Assembly: GCA_018672055.1 (NCBI GenBank)
Contig: JABHGM010000001.1
Span: forward strand, 507,494-571,493
DNA length: 64,000 nt
Source of the DNA: a bacterium
GTDB taxonomy: Bacteria > Patescibacteriota > Patescibacteriia > UBA1558 > UBA10009
Direction of reading: 5' to 3'
Positions within the stretch are counted from its first letter, which is position 1. Every line of letters begins with the position of its first letter. The notes beneath the pieces are model-generated. The model saw only the letters and a program-made list of their open reading frames with translations. It ran no database searches and was not told the DNA's origin. A program made the position numbers and the translations under genes. Below, piece by piece: positions 27,205 to 36,541 of the stretch.

Positions 27205-29712
27205 ATGTTAGAACAATTTAATTTTAATTCAATAATAACCGCAATTTTTACTTTGGTTATTTTTATTATAACGCTTATTGTATTTTTTTATTTCTTAAAA
27301 AGGATTTTAAGAATTGTTTTTGGACAACCTGGGGTACAAAGTCAGAAAATATTACAAGTAGCTATACCTAAAGTAAGTTTAGCTAAAGAAAATGAAGAAG
27401 AGGATATTTTAGAAGAAATAGGTAAAGCTGAAAATTTATTTTCAGTTTTAGGTGGTTTAAAAGCTCAACGTAGTTTAAAAAATAAGTTACTTGGTAGAAC
27501 TGATCATTTTTCTTTTGAAATTGTTTCAACAAATGATCAAATACTTTTCTATATTGCAGCGCCTCATTTTTTTGAAGATACTTTAAAACAACAATTATTA
27601 GCAGCTTATCCTTTTGCAAATATTGAAGAGCTAGGAGATTATAATTTTTTTAAACCTCAAGGTAAAATAGTTGGTTCATATCTTAAATTTGGTAGAGAAT
27701 ATATTTTACCAATAAAAACATTCCGTAAAATGGAATCTGATCCTTTAGATGGACTATTAAATACTTTAGCTAAACTACCTAATGAAGCAGGAGCTGCTGT
27801 TCAGATAATACTACGTTCTTCACATAAAAAATGGCATCGTCGTGGTCAAGCTGTGGCCAGAGAAATGCAACAGGGTAAATCATTAAGTGAAGCTTCGAGA
27901 AAAGCAGGACTAGGTAATATATTTGATAAATTAACTATATTTTTTACTTTTATATTTTCATTCTTTAAAAATGATAAGAAAGTTGATCAAAGTAAAGAAT
28001 TAGATGAAGAAAAGCATAAGTTGTCACCTATGGAAGAGGAAACAATAAAAGGCATTGAAGAAAAAACTTCAAAAGCTGGTTTTGATGTAAATATTAGAGT
28101 AGTAGTCTCAGCAGTGGAATCTAATACTGCATATAATCATTTACAAAATATTTTAAATTCTTTTGCACAATATAATATATATCAGTATGGTAATGGCTTT
28201 AAAAAAGCTAAAATGTTTAATAAGAAAAAAGTTATTTCTGATTTTATTAAAAGATCTTTTTCTAGAAAATATAATTTAGTATTAAATGCAGAAGAATTAA
28301 CTTCAATTTGGCATTTACCATTAGTTAGTTCTTCAGTTCCTAAGATTAAATGGTTGGAATCGCGTAAAGCACAACCACCAAATAATTTACCAGCAGAAGG
28401 TATATTATTAGGTGATAATGAATACAGAGGAATTAAAACTGAGGTTAGAATTAAATCTAGTGATAGATTACGACATACTTACATAATAGGTAAGTCTGGA
28501 GTTGGTAAATCAGTTATGCAGGCAAATCTTATTAACCAAGATATTAAAAATGGTGAAGGTGTTTGTGTTATTGATCCTCATGGTGATTTAATTGATTCAG
28601 TTTTAGAACATATACCAGAAAATAGATTTGATGATGTAATACTTTTTGATCCTGCTGATCACGAAAGACCCCTTGGTTTAAATATGCTTGAATATCAAAG
28701 TGAAGATCAAAAAACCTTTGTTATAAATGAAATGATTACTATTTTTGATAAGCTGTATGATTTAAAAGCAACAGGTGGTCCTATGTTTGAACAGTATATG
28801 AGAAATGCTATGTTACTTATGATGGAGGATCCAGAATCTGGAGCAACTTTGTTAGAAGTGCCTAAAGTATTAACTGATGCTAGTTTTAGAAGATATAAGC
28901 TAGCTAATTGTGGAAATAGTGTAGTAAAAGATTTTTGGGAGAAAGAAGCGCAAAAAGCAGGTGGTGATGCATCACTCGCTAATATGACTCCATATATAAC
29001 ATCTAAGTTGACTCCATTTTTAGCATCTGATTTAATGAGACCAATTATTGCTCAACAAAAAAGCTCATTTAATTTTAGAGAAGTGATGGATAAGAAACAA
29101 ATACTTTTAGTAAAATTATCTAAAGGTAAAATAGGTGAACTTAGTTCTAACCTATTAGGCATGGTAATAGTTGGTAAGATTTTAATGGCTGCTTTGTCTA
29201 GAGTTGATTTAGCAGAAGATAGTAGAACTCCTTTTTATCTATATATAGATGAATTTCAAAATTTTATTACAGAGTCTATTGGTATTATTTTATCTGAAGC
29301 ACGTAAATATAAATTGTCTTTAACCTTTGCTCATCAATTTGTAGCTCAATTAGTAAAAGATAATGATACAACTATACGTGATGCTGTATTTGGTAACATT
29401 GGTACTTTAATTTCATTTAGAATAGGACCAGATGATGCAGAGGTAATAGCTAAGCAACTGGCTCCTGTTTTTAATGAGTATGATGTTATAAACATACCTA
29501 AGTATAATGCCTATATTAAACTTTTAATTGATAATCAAAATCCACCGGCTTTTAATTTAGCACCTTATGCGCCAGTGCCTGGAGATAAGATAAAGATAGA
29601 TAAGATTAGAGAATTATCACGTGCTAAATATGGCAGAGATAGACAAATTGTTGAAAATGAAATTCAAGAGAGAATAAGGCTCGCCTCAAAACCATTAATT
29701 AAACCTATTTAA
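27205..29712 (+). CDS. TrwB/VirD4/TraD-family type IV coupling-protein-like ATPase with long N-terminal extension
   Basis: N-terminal TM; Walker A IIGKSGVGKS, then VIDPHGDL and ILFDPADHERPLGLNMLE (compare TrwB VDPNGD / LNPYD), Walker B LYIDEFQNF. Confidence 0.65.
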   Translation: MLEQFNFNSIITAIFTLVIFIITLIVFFYFLKRILRIVFGQPGVQSQKILQVAIPKVSLAKENEEEDILEEIGKAENLFSVLGGLKAQRSLKNKLLGRTDHFSFEIVSTNDQILFYIAAPHFFEDTLKQQLLAAYPFANIEELGDYNFFKPQGKIVGSYLKFGREYILPIKTFRKMESDPLDGLLNTLAKLPNEAGAAVQIILRSSHKKWHRRGQAVAREMQQGKSLSEASRKAGLGNIFDKLTIFFTFIFSFFKNDKKVDQSKELDEEKHKLSPMEEETIKGIEEKTSKAGFDVNIRVVVSAVESNTAYNHLQNILNSFAQYNIYQYGNGFKKAKMFNKKKVISDFIKRSFSRKYNLVLNAEELTSIWHLPLVSSSVPKIKWLESRKAQPPNNLPAEGILLGDNEYRGIKTEVRIKSSDRLRHTYIIGKSGVGKSVMQANLINQDIKNGEGVCVIDPHGDLIDSVLEHIPENRFDDVILFDPADHERPLGLNMLEYQSEDQKTFVINEMITIFDKLYDLKATGGPMFEQYMRNAMLLMMEDPESGATLLEVPKVLTDASFRRYKLANCGNSVVKDFWEKEAQKAGGDASLANMTPYITSKLTPFLASDLMRPIIAQQKSSFNFREVMDKKQILLVKLSKGKIGELSSNLLGMVIVGKILMAALSRVDLAEDSRTPFYLYIDEFQNFITESIGIILSEARKYKLSLTFAHQFVAQLVKDNDTTIRDAVFGNIGTLISFRIGPDDAEVIAKQLAPVFNEYDVINIPKYNAYIKLLIDNQNPPAFNLAPYAPVPGDKIKIDKIRELSRAKYGRDRQIVENEIQERIRLASKPLIKPI

Positions 29713-29727
29713 AATGTATTTAATAAT

Positions 29728-30249
29728 ATGATTTGGCTAATTATATTTTTTATTGTTTTCATAGCAATATCAATAACAATGTTTCAGGCTACTTTTATAG
29801 CAGCACCTTGGGTACCAAGTGGCAGGAAGACTATAAATAAAATAATAGAAGTAGCAGGAATTAAAAAAGATGACTTAGTTTATGATTTAGGCTCAGGTGA
29901 TGGTAGATGGTTAATACGTATTGCTAAAAATACTGAAGCTAGTAAGGTTATTGGCTTTGAAATTTCTTTATTACCATATATTATTTCGCGAGTAAAATTA
30001 TTGTTCACTAGAAAAAATAATATTAAAGTACTATTTAATGATTTTTTAAAAACTGATTTATCTAAAGCTAACGTTATTTTATGTTTTTTAACACCCAAGG
30101 CTATGATAAAGTTAGAACCTAAATTAAAAAATGAATTAAAACCTAATTCTACATTTATTTCATACGCTTTTAAATTACCAAATACTAAGCCTCATAGCAT
30201 TGCTAAGGTAGGCTCAAAGTCTTTACCTATCTATTTATATAAATATTAA
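29728..30249 (+). CDS. small class I SAM-dependent methyltransferase
   Basis: N-terminal TM, then motif I VYDLGSGDGRWLIRIAK. Confidence 0.5.
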   Translation: MIWLIIFFIVFIAISITMFQATFIAAPWVPSGRKTINKIIEVAGIKKDDLVYDLGSGDGRWLIRIAKNTEASKVIGFEISLLPYIISRVKLLFTRKNNIKVLFNDFLKTDLSKANVILCFLTPKAMIKLEPKLKNELKPNSTFISYAFKLPNTKPHSIAKVGSKSLPIYLYKY

Positions 30250-30275
30250 ATTTAACTTATTAACACTAAGAACTA

Positions 30276-30303
30276 TTGACAGTATTCAAAATCTTGTTAT
30301 AGT
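30276..30303 (+). promoter_or_regulatory. sigma70-type promoter (TTGACA-16-TGtTATAGT)
   Basis: -35 TTGACA 30276-30281; extended -10 TGTTATAGT ending 30303; about 50-nt A/C-rich leader before the ATG at 30357. Confidence 0.6.
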
Positions 30304-30356
30304 TAAAGTAAACAAAAACACAAATAAAGTTAAAACAAACACTAATAAAAATAAAT

Positions 30357-30893
30357 ATGAAAAATAGTCAAGATGAATTAAAAGATATTCTTGAGAATAT
30401 CGAAATTCAAATACAAAAATGCAAAGTTTTAATAGATGGAGGCAGTTTAACACCTGATGGTAGTGGTGTTGATTTTAAGAAAAAAGCAGAAGATGTTGGC
30501 GAAGAAATATCAAATGATGAAGAAAGAGTAATTGAAGGAGTTTTTGATGGTCAAAAAATGATTGGTCCGGATGGTAAAGAATATTCTATACCAGCTAACT
30601 ATGTTTCTAAATCTAAATTAGTTGAAGGAGATATTTTAAAACTAACTATTGATGGATCAGGCAACTTTGTTTACAAACAAATTGGTCCAGTTGAAAGAGA
30701 TCGTTTAGTAGGTACTTTAGTAAAAGATGAAGGTGATGAATATATTGTAATGGTAGATAAGAAGGTATATAAGGTGATACTAGCCTCAGTTACTTATTTT
30801 AAAGGTGATGAAGGTGATGAAGTTATTATATTAGTTCCTAAGAGTACAGATAGCCAATTTGCTGCTGTTGAAAATATAATAAAGAAAAAGTAA
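30357..30893 (+). CDS. hypothetical acidic protein with internal duplicated module of about 30 aa
   Basis: Repeats VIEGVFDGQKMIGPDGKEY / VEGDILKLTIDGSGNFVYKQIGP and DEGDEYIVMV / KGDEGDEVIILV. Confidence 0.4.
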   Translation: MKNSQDELKDILENIEIQIQKCKVLIDGGSLTPDGSGVDFKKKAEDVGEEISNDEERVIEGVFDGQKMIGPDGKEYSIPANYVSKSKLVEGDILKLTIDGSGNFVYKQIGPVERDRLVGTLVKDEGDEYIVMVDKKVYKVILASVTYFKGDEGDEVIILVPKSTDSQFAAVENIIKKK

Positions 30894-30906
30894 ATTTATA
30901 TATAGT

Positions 30907-30935
30907 AAAACAAGGCTTTAAAAAGCCTTGTTTTA
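30907..30935 (+). terminator. rho-independent terminator
   Basis: AAAACAAGGCTTT-aa-AAAGCCTTGTTTT. Confidence 0.75.
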
Positions 30936-30987
30936 GTTGATTTGATTTAATATAATATAATCGCTATAATATAGCCACGTAAAATAT

Positions 30988-32544
30988 ATGTCTAATACAT
31001 TATATAGAAAATATAGACCACAAATCTTTGCAGAAGTAATAAGTCAGAATCATGTAAAAACTACTTTAGCTAACGCTATTACTATGGATAAAGTAGCTCA
31101 TGCTTACTTATTTGCTGGGCCTCGTGGTATTGGTAAGACTACTTTAGCTAGAATTTTAGCTAAAGCTTTGAATTGTAATGAAAAAGATAAATTAGAGCCT
31201 TGTACTAAGTGTAGTTCTTGTTTAGAAATAGCTGAAGGTAGATCTTTAGATTTAATTGAAATTGATGCTGCCTCAAATAGAGGTATTAATGAAATAAGAG
31301 AGCTTAGAGAACAAGTAAGAGTATCTCCTTCTAAAGAAAAGTTTAAGGTATTTATTATCGATGAAGTACACATGCTTACCAATGAAGCATTTAATGCTTT
31401 GCTTAAAACTTTAGAAGAGCCACCAGCTCATGCTATTTTTATTTTAGCTACTACTGAAATACATAAAATACCTGAAACAATTATTTCTAGATGTCAAAGA
31501 TTTGATTTTAAAAAAATACCTATACCTGAAACAGTTAAACATTTAGAATTTTTAGTAAAGCAAGAAGGTATTAAAGTAGAAAAAAAAGTAATTGAAAATA
31601 TTGCACGTTTTAGTCAGGGCTATTTAAGAGATGCAATTTCTATGCTAGGACAAATATTATCACTTGGTACTAAAGAAGTTACACTTGAACAAGCGGCTTT
31701 GGTAATACCAAGAAGTGATTTGAATGAAATATTTAATTTTATAATTAATTTATTCAAAGGTAATACTAAAGAAGCAATTAATTTAATTCATAACTATATA
31801 GAAGAAGGTGGAGATATAGAATTTTTTACTCGTGAAGTAATTGAATATTCAAGAATAATATTATTATCTCAAGTAACAAATGATTGGCAGAAATTATTAT
31901 GGGAAATTGAAGAAGAAGCTTTGAATAATTTAAAAAACTCTTTAGAAAATATTGATTCAAGTGAAATAAGCTCTATGATTGAGTATTTATTAGTTGCTTT
32001 AACAAATATGAAGAGTAGTGAAATAATACAACTTCCTTTAGAACTTGCTGTAATAAAAATAACCAAAGACAAAGAAGATGATAGTGATAATCAAGAACCT
32101 CCTTCTGAAAAGCCAAATGAAGTAAAGGTAGAAAATAAGCCAGAGGAAAAGGTTGAAGATAAAGTAGAAGAAAAGACTGAAGAAATACCCGTTACTAAGA
32201 GTAATATAAAAATAAGTAAGGTAATTAAGAAATGGCCTCAAATAATTAAGTCCTTAAAAGAATACAATCAATCATTATCTAGCTTTTTAAAAACAGGCAA
32301 ACCTCTTAGTATAGAAGGTAATAAGTTGATTATTGGTTTTAAATATGCTTTTCATTTAGAAAGAGTTCAGGAAGATAAGAATAAGAAGAATGTTGAAGAA
32401 GTATTAAATAAATTATTTGATGAGAAGTTATTAATTGATGGTATAGTAGATGAGAGCATTGTTGTTGAAGAAGTAGTAACAGAAAAGAAAGAAGAAATTT
32501 TTGATACTGTTATGAACGAATTAGGCGGTGAAGTAGTAAATTAA
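30988..32544 (+). CDS. dnaX: DNA polymerase III subunit gamma/tau
   Basis: YRPQIFAEVISQ, GPRGIGKTT, zinc module CTKCSSC, SRC motif ISRCQRF. Confidence 0.9.
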   Translation: MSNTLYRKYRPQIFAEVISQNHVKTTLANAITMDKVAHAYLFAGPRGIGKTTLARILAKALNCNEKDKLEPCTKCSSCLEIAEGRSLDLIEIDAASNRGINEIRELREQVRVSPSKEKFKVFIIDEVHMLTNEAFNALLKTLEEPPAHAIFILATTEIHKIPETIISRCQRFDFKKIPIPETVKHLEFLVKQEGIKVEKKVIENIARFSQGYLRDAISMLGQILSLGTKEVTLEQAALVIPRSDLNEIFNFIINLFKGNTKEAINLIHNYIEEGGDIEFFTREVIEYSRIILLSQVTNDWQKLLWEIEEEALNNLKNSLENIDSSEISSMIEYLLVALTNMKSSEIIQLPLELAVIKITKDKEDDSDNQEPPSEKPNEVKVENKPEEKVEDKVEEKTEEIPVTKSNIKISKVIKKWPQIIKSLKEYNQSLSSFLKTGKPLSIEGNKLIIGFKYAFHLERVQEDKNKKNVEEVLNKLFDEKLLIDGIVDESIVVEEVVTEKKEEIFDTVMNELGGEVVN

Positions 32545-32547
32545 TAT

Positions 32548-32895
32548 ATGAAAAAATCGTTACAATTAATTGAAGATCATTATATAAATTTGGGTTTTAA
32601 AGGTGATAAGCTGAGACACAAATTGTTTAATGATAAGGAATATACTATTCTATTGAAAGAAAAAAAGAAAAAGTTAAGTCATGAGTATAAGATTAGTGAA
32701 TCTGATAAGAAAAAATACGTTTTGGCAACTAATGAAGATCTTGAAATACTATATAAGTGTAATTTACTTAAAAAAATGAAATTATCTAGCAGTGATAAAG
32801 AGTTAGTTAAATTTATTAAAACTCAATTATTAGATGATTGGAGAACTCCAATATTAAAAGAAGTAGAAAAATTAGTTAAGAAATATAAAATTTAA
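32548..32895 (+). CDS. hypothetical basic protein (not YbaB-like)
   Basis: ORF track; sits where ybaB usually follows dnaX, but has no YbaB similarity. Confidence 0.35.
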   Translation: MKKSLQLIEDHYINLGFKGDKLRHKLFNDKEYTILLKEKKKKLSHEYKISESDKKKYVLATNEDLEILYKCNLLKKMKLSSSDKELVKFIKTQLLDDWRTPILKEVEKLVKKYKI

Positions 32896-32967
32896 TCGGG
32901 GATCGTCTAATGGTAGGACACCAGGTTCTGGTCCTGGGAATCGGGGTTCAAATCCCTGTCCCCGAGC
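32896..32967 (+). tRNA. tRNA-Gln (anticodon CTG)
   Basis: Acceptor TCGGGGA/TCCCCGA, D-loop TAATGGTA, anticodon loop TTCTGGT, T-loop TTCAAAT, CCA at 32968-32970. Confidence 0.7.
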
Positions 32968-33012
32968 CATAACTTATTAAATATAAGTTATTTATTATAT
33001 TATGATATATTT

Positions 33013-33480
33013 ATGAAATTAAAAGTTGGTGATAAAGCCCCTAAATTTAATTTATCAGATCAAAATGGTAAAAAGCATTCACTTTTAGATTATAAGAAGA
33101 AGTGGATTTTATTATATTTCTATCCTAGAGATAATACACCAGGCTGTACTAAAGAAGCATGCACCATAAGAGATAATTATAATGAATTTAAAAAAAATAA
33201 AATTGTTGTATTTGGGGTAAGTAATGATACTATTGAAAAGCATAAAAAATTTGCAGAAAAGTTTGAGTTACCATTTACATTATTAGCAGATACTGAGAAG
33301 AATTTGGTAAAATCATATGGTGTTTGGAGTAAAAAAAAGTTTATGGGTAAGGAATATTTTGGTATTTCTAGAAGTTCGTTTTTAATTAGTCCAAAAGGTA
33401 TAATTGCTAAAATATATGAAAAAGTTAAACCAGCAGATCATGCAAGTGAAATATTAAATGATATTAAGTTATTAAAATAA
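33013..33480 (+). CDS. bcp: peroxiredoxin Bcp (thiol peroxidase)
   Basis: GDKAPKF, YFYPRDNTPGCTKEAC (peroxidatic Cys), FGVSNDT. Confidence 0.9.
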   Translation: MKLKVGDKAPKFNLSDQNGKKHSLLDYKKKWILLYFYPRDNTPGCTKEACTIRDNYNEFKKNKIVVFGVSNDTIEKHKKFAEKFELPFTLLADTEKNLVKSYGVWSKKKFMGKEYFGISRSSFLISPKGIIAKIYEKVKPADHASEILNDIKLLK

Positions 33481-33501
33481 ATAGAAGTTTTATATTATGA
33501 T

Positions 33502-33528
33502 GAGCCTATTTTTATAGGCTCTTTTTTA
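33502..33528 (+). terminator. rho-independent terminator
   Basis: GAGCCTAT-tttt-ATAGGCTC then TTTTTT. Confidence 0.75.
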
Positions 33529-33585
33529 TATATTGAATTAATAGTCAATATGTTGTAATATATGTTCATATATAATGAATAAAAT

Positions 33586-35187
33586 ATGTTAAATAAAACA
33601 GTTCAGAACTTTATTAATTTAATAAAGAAATCTGATTTAAAAAATTATTATGTAGGGGAGAAGCTATCAAGGATTAAGGTTGATAGTTTTGCTAGTAAAA
33701 TAGCTTTTATTTATGAAAAAATAAGGAATGCTATAGATTATAAGGAAGAGCATTTACTTAGAAAAAATGCTATTGATAGAGTGCTTTGGAGAAGGTTAAA
33801 TTTAAAATTTTCTACTGATAATATTGGTAATTCTTTAATTAAAGAATTAATTAGAGCTGGTTATTTAGAAAATAATTTAATTCCTGCATCTAAGTCTGAA
33901 GAAGTTGAATCTATAATAAATAAGTATATTCAGATAATTGAGCTAGGAAGTATTAAAAGAAGAACTACTGCTGGAGTTAAAATGTTTAAATGGCTTGTTT
34001 CTATATGTGCTTGTGAAGTAGAAGAGGCTTTAGCTCCACCTTTAGAATCTAAAGCTTTAGTTGAATTTGCTTATTTTAGTATAGGTAAAGAAGTAAAGAT
34101 TATTGATAAGAAGTTAAGTGATAAAGAAAAACAATTACAAATATTAATTGCTTTAAATAGATCATTAGTTAAATCTGATAAAGCTATGCTTAATTATTAT
34201 GTTTGGAAGTATTATAATCCTAATTGGAGAAATGCTACAAAGAATGATGTAATGCAAGTAGCTAAGAAGATTAATACTTTAAAGAAAGTAATTAATGAAC
34301 AATTAACATATTATTTAAGTGAAAGATTATTAAGAGTTTTTAGAAAATATGCTGTTGTGTTTCAAGTAATGAAAGAAATTATAATTAAACATCCTAAAGA
34401 AGCTGAAGCTATATTTAATAATCCTGAAGATCTAGAATTCCATGTTAGAACTACTTGTGAGAAAATGTATAAGAAAGCTAAGACTAAACTTCGTAGAAGT
34501 ATCTTTAGAGTAATTATATATATTTTCTTAACTAAAATGTTACTTGTTTTACTTTTAGAACTTCCTTATGAGAAATATGTTGCAGAAAGTGTGATTATGT
34601 TACCACTTATTGTTAATGCAGTATTTCCACCATTTTTAATGTTTTTAATTGGCTTATTTATTTGGGTACCTTCTAAGAAAAATACTAAACGTATTAATTA
34701 CGTAGCTCAGGTTTTAGTAAATAAAGGGCAATTAAAAAGTACTGAAGGCGTTGGTGGCGTAGTAAAGAGAAGTCCTTTTAACTCTGCTGTTTTCATTATA
34801 TTATATTTAATACTATTTAGTCTTTCATTTGGTGGTATCTTAATGGTATTATCTAAACTTCAGTTTACTTGGGTAAGTATGGTTATTTTCCTTTTATTCT
34901 TAAGCTTAGTTAGTTTCTTTGGTATTAAGCTAAGAATGGGAGTTAGAGAACTAGTAATTATTGATAAGAAAGAAAATATATTTGCATCACTTCTTAATTT
35001 AATATCTTTACCTTTTTTAAGAGCTGGTTATTGGTTAAGTGTTAAATTTCAGAAAATTAATTTACTTGTATTTTTCTTTGATTTTATTATTGAAGCGCCA
35101 TTTAAAATATTTATTGAAGTTATCGAGGATTGGATAGCCTATCTGAAGGAAAAGAAAGAAGAGATATATAATCAACAACAAGAATAA
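33586..35187 (+). CDS. hypothetical protein: about 300-aa soluble N-domain plus about 6-TM C-domain
   Basis: ORF track; no recognisable motifs; terminators on both sides. Confidence 0.45.
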   Translation: MLNKTVQNFINLIKKSDLKNYYVGEKLSRIKVDSFASKIAFIYEKIRNAIDYKEEHLLRKNAIDRVLWRRLNLKFSTDNIGNSLIKELIRAGYLENNLIPASKSEEVESIINKYIQIIELGSIKRRTTAGVKMFKWLVSICACEVEEALAPPLESKALVEFAYFSIGKEVKIIDKKLSDKEKQLQILIALNRSLVKSDKAMLNYYVWKYYNPNWRNATKNDVMQVAKKINTLKKVINEQLTYYLSERLLRVFRKYAVVFQVMKEIIIKHPKEAEAIFNNPEDLEFHVRTTCEKMYKKAKTKLRRSIFRVIIYIFLTKMLLVLLLELPYEKYVAESVIMLPLIVNAVFPPFLMFLIGLFIWVPSKKNTKRINYVAQVLVNKGQLKSTEGVGGVVKRSPFNSAVFIILYLILFSLSFGGILMVLSKLQFTWVSMVIFLLFLSLVSFFGIKLRMGVRELVIIDKKENIFASLLNLISLPFLRAGYWLSVKFQKINLLVFFFDFIIEAPFKIFIEVIEDWIAYLKEKKEEIYNQQQE

Positions 35188-35220
35188 AAAAAAGACCCCT
35201 GATAAGTTCAGGGGTTTTTA
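35186..35220. terminator. bidirectional rho-independent terminator
   Basis: AAAAAAAAG-ACCCCTGA-taagt-TCAGGGGT-TTTTT, shared by convergent genes. Confidence 0.8.
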
Positions 35221-35472
35221 GTAAATTGATCGTGTTTGAGTAATTCTAGAATTAGAGCTTAAGAAGTCTTCCGGCGGATTATAGTCATGAGTTAATAATC
35301 TATTTTGAGTTAAAGAATAAATTAATACTATTTTATTACCTTCTGAAGTCATAATTTCTAAAGCAGGATTATCTCGATTAGTTGTTTTCCTTATAATCCT
35401 ATAATATCTAGAAAATTTATCAACTAAATAATGATTTACTTCTGCTGATAGGAAGTCTTTTTTTGAAATCAT
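35218..35472 (-). CDS. hypothetical small protein (orphan, minus strand)
   Basis: 84-aa ORF; faint resemblance to RelE/YoeB-like C-terminus (IVLIYSL..RLLTHDY), not reliable. Confidence 0.3.
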   Translation of the reverse strand: MISKKDFLSAEVNHYLVDKFSRYYRIIRKTTNRDNPALEIMTSEGNKIVLIYSLTQNRLLTHDYNPPEDFLSSNSRITQTRSIY

Positions 35473-35532
35473 ATCATCTCCTAATTTGTTACTTTATTTT
35501 TAATCTATTTTTCTTTTTTTGTCAACTTAGTC

Positions 35533-35553
35533 TTTTTTTAGTATAATATATGT
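35533..35553 (+). promoter_or_regulatory. -10 element (TTTTTTTAGTATAAT) 6 nt before ATG: leaderless start
   Basis: TATAAT 35542-35547, ATG 35554; near-identical to the motif at 26664-26691. Confidence 0.5.
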
Positions 35554-36537
35554 ATGAAAAAATTTGACGTTGTAACAATTGGTAGTGCTACTTTAGATAT
35601 AATGTTTCATACTAAAGATGCACAGATACTAAAAAACAGGAAAAAATTTGGTTATCAACACCTAATGGCTTTTGAGCTTGGTTCTAAAGTAGAAACACAT
35701 GATGTTTTATATACTTCAGGCGGTGGTGCTGCTAATACGGCAGTATCATTTTCACGTTTAGGCTTTAAAACAGCAGCTATTGCCTGCATTGGTAAAGGTG
35801 CTACCGGGCAAATAGTAATGGATAGGTTTAAAGATGAAAAAATTGATATATCCTTTGTTAAGCAATTAGAAGGATATACTGGCATGTCTTTTGTAATAAC
35901 TGGTGGTAAAAAAGGAGATAGGGTTATATTTGTACATAGATCTGTTAATAAAAAGTTAGAGGTAAGTAAAAAGTTATTAAATAGTTTTAGTACTAAATGG
36001 ATTTATTTGAATTCTCTAGCAGGTAAGCCATGGAAAGAAAATACAAAAAATATATTTGAAATTGCTAAGAAAAAGAATATTAAAATTGCTTGGAATCCTG
36101 GAACTACACAGCTTGATGCTGGTTATCCATTTTTGAAAAAATATTTAGCAAATACAGAGGTATTATTACTTAATCGTGAGGAAGCTATTTCTTTGGTAAG
36201 AAGCAGTGGTGTTAAAACAACTAGAATTCCAAAATTATTTAAAGTAATGCATGGTTGGGGCCCTAAGGTTATTGCAATAACAGTTGGTGATAAAGGAGCA
36301 TATGTTTGTAGTAATAGTAATGTTTGTTATGATAAAGCTTTGCCTGCTCAAGGTTTAAATACAACAGGTGCTGGAGATGCTTTTGGCTCTAGTTTAGTAT
36401 CTGGTTTAATAACTTATAAAGGCGATGTTAAAAAAGCTTTACATTTAGCAATTGTTAGAAGTAATTATGTAGTTCGTAAAGTTGGAGCTCAGGAGGGTCT
36501 TTTAAGTAAAAAAGAACTAACTAAGTTTAAAATATAA
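35554..36537 (+). CDS. PfkB-family carbohydrate kinase
   Basis: GGGAANTA (GG motif), NTTGAGDAFGSS (anion-hole/DTxGAGD motif). Confidence 0.85.
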   Translation: MKKFDVVTIGSATLDIMFHTKDAQILKNRKKFGYQHLMAFELGSKVETHDVLYTSGGGAANTAVSFSRLGFKTAAIACIGKGATGQIVMDRFKDEKIDISFVKQLEGYTGMSFVITGGKKGDRVIFVHRSVNKKLEVSKKLLNSFSTKWIYLNSLAGKPWKENTKNIFEIAKKKNIKIAWNPGTTQLDAGYPFLKKYLANTEVLLLNREEAISLVRSSGVKTTRIPKLFKVMHGWGPKVIAITVGDKGAYVCSNSNVCYDKALPAQGLNTTGAGDAFGSSLVSGLITYKGDVKKALHLAIVRSNYVVRKVGAQEGLLSKKELTKFKI

Positions 36538-36541
36538 TAAT

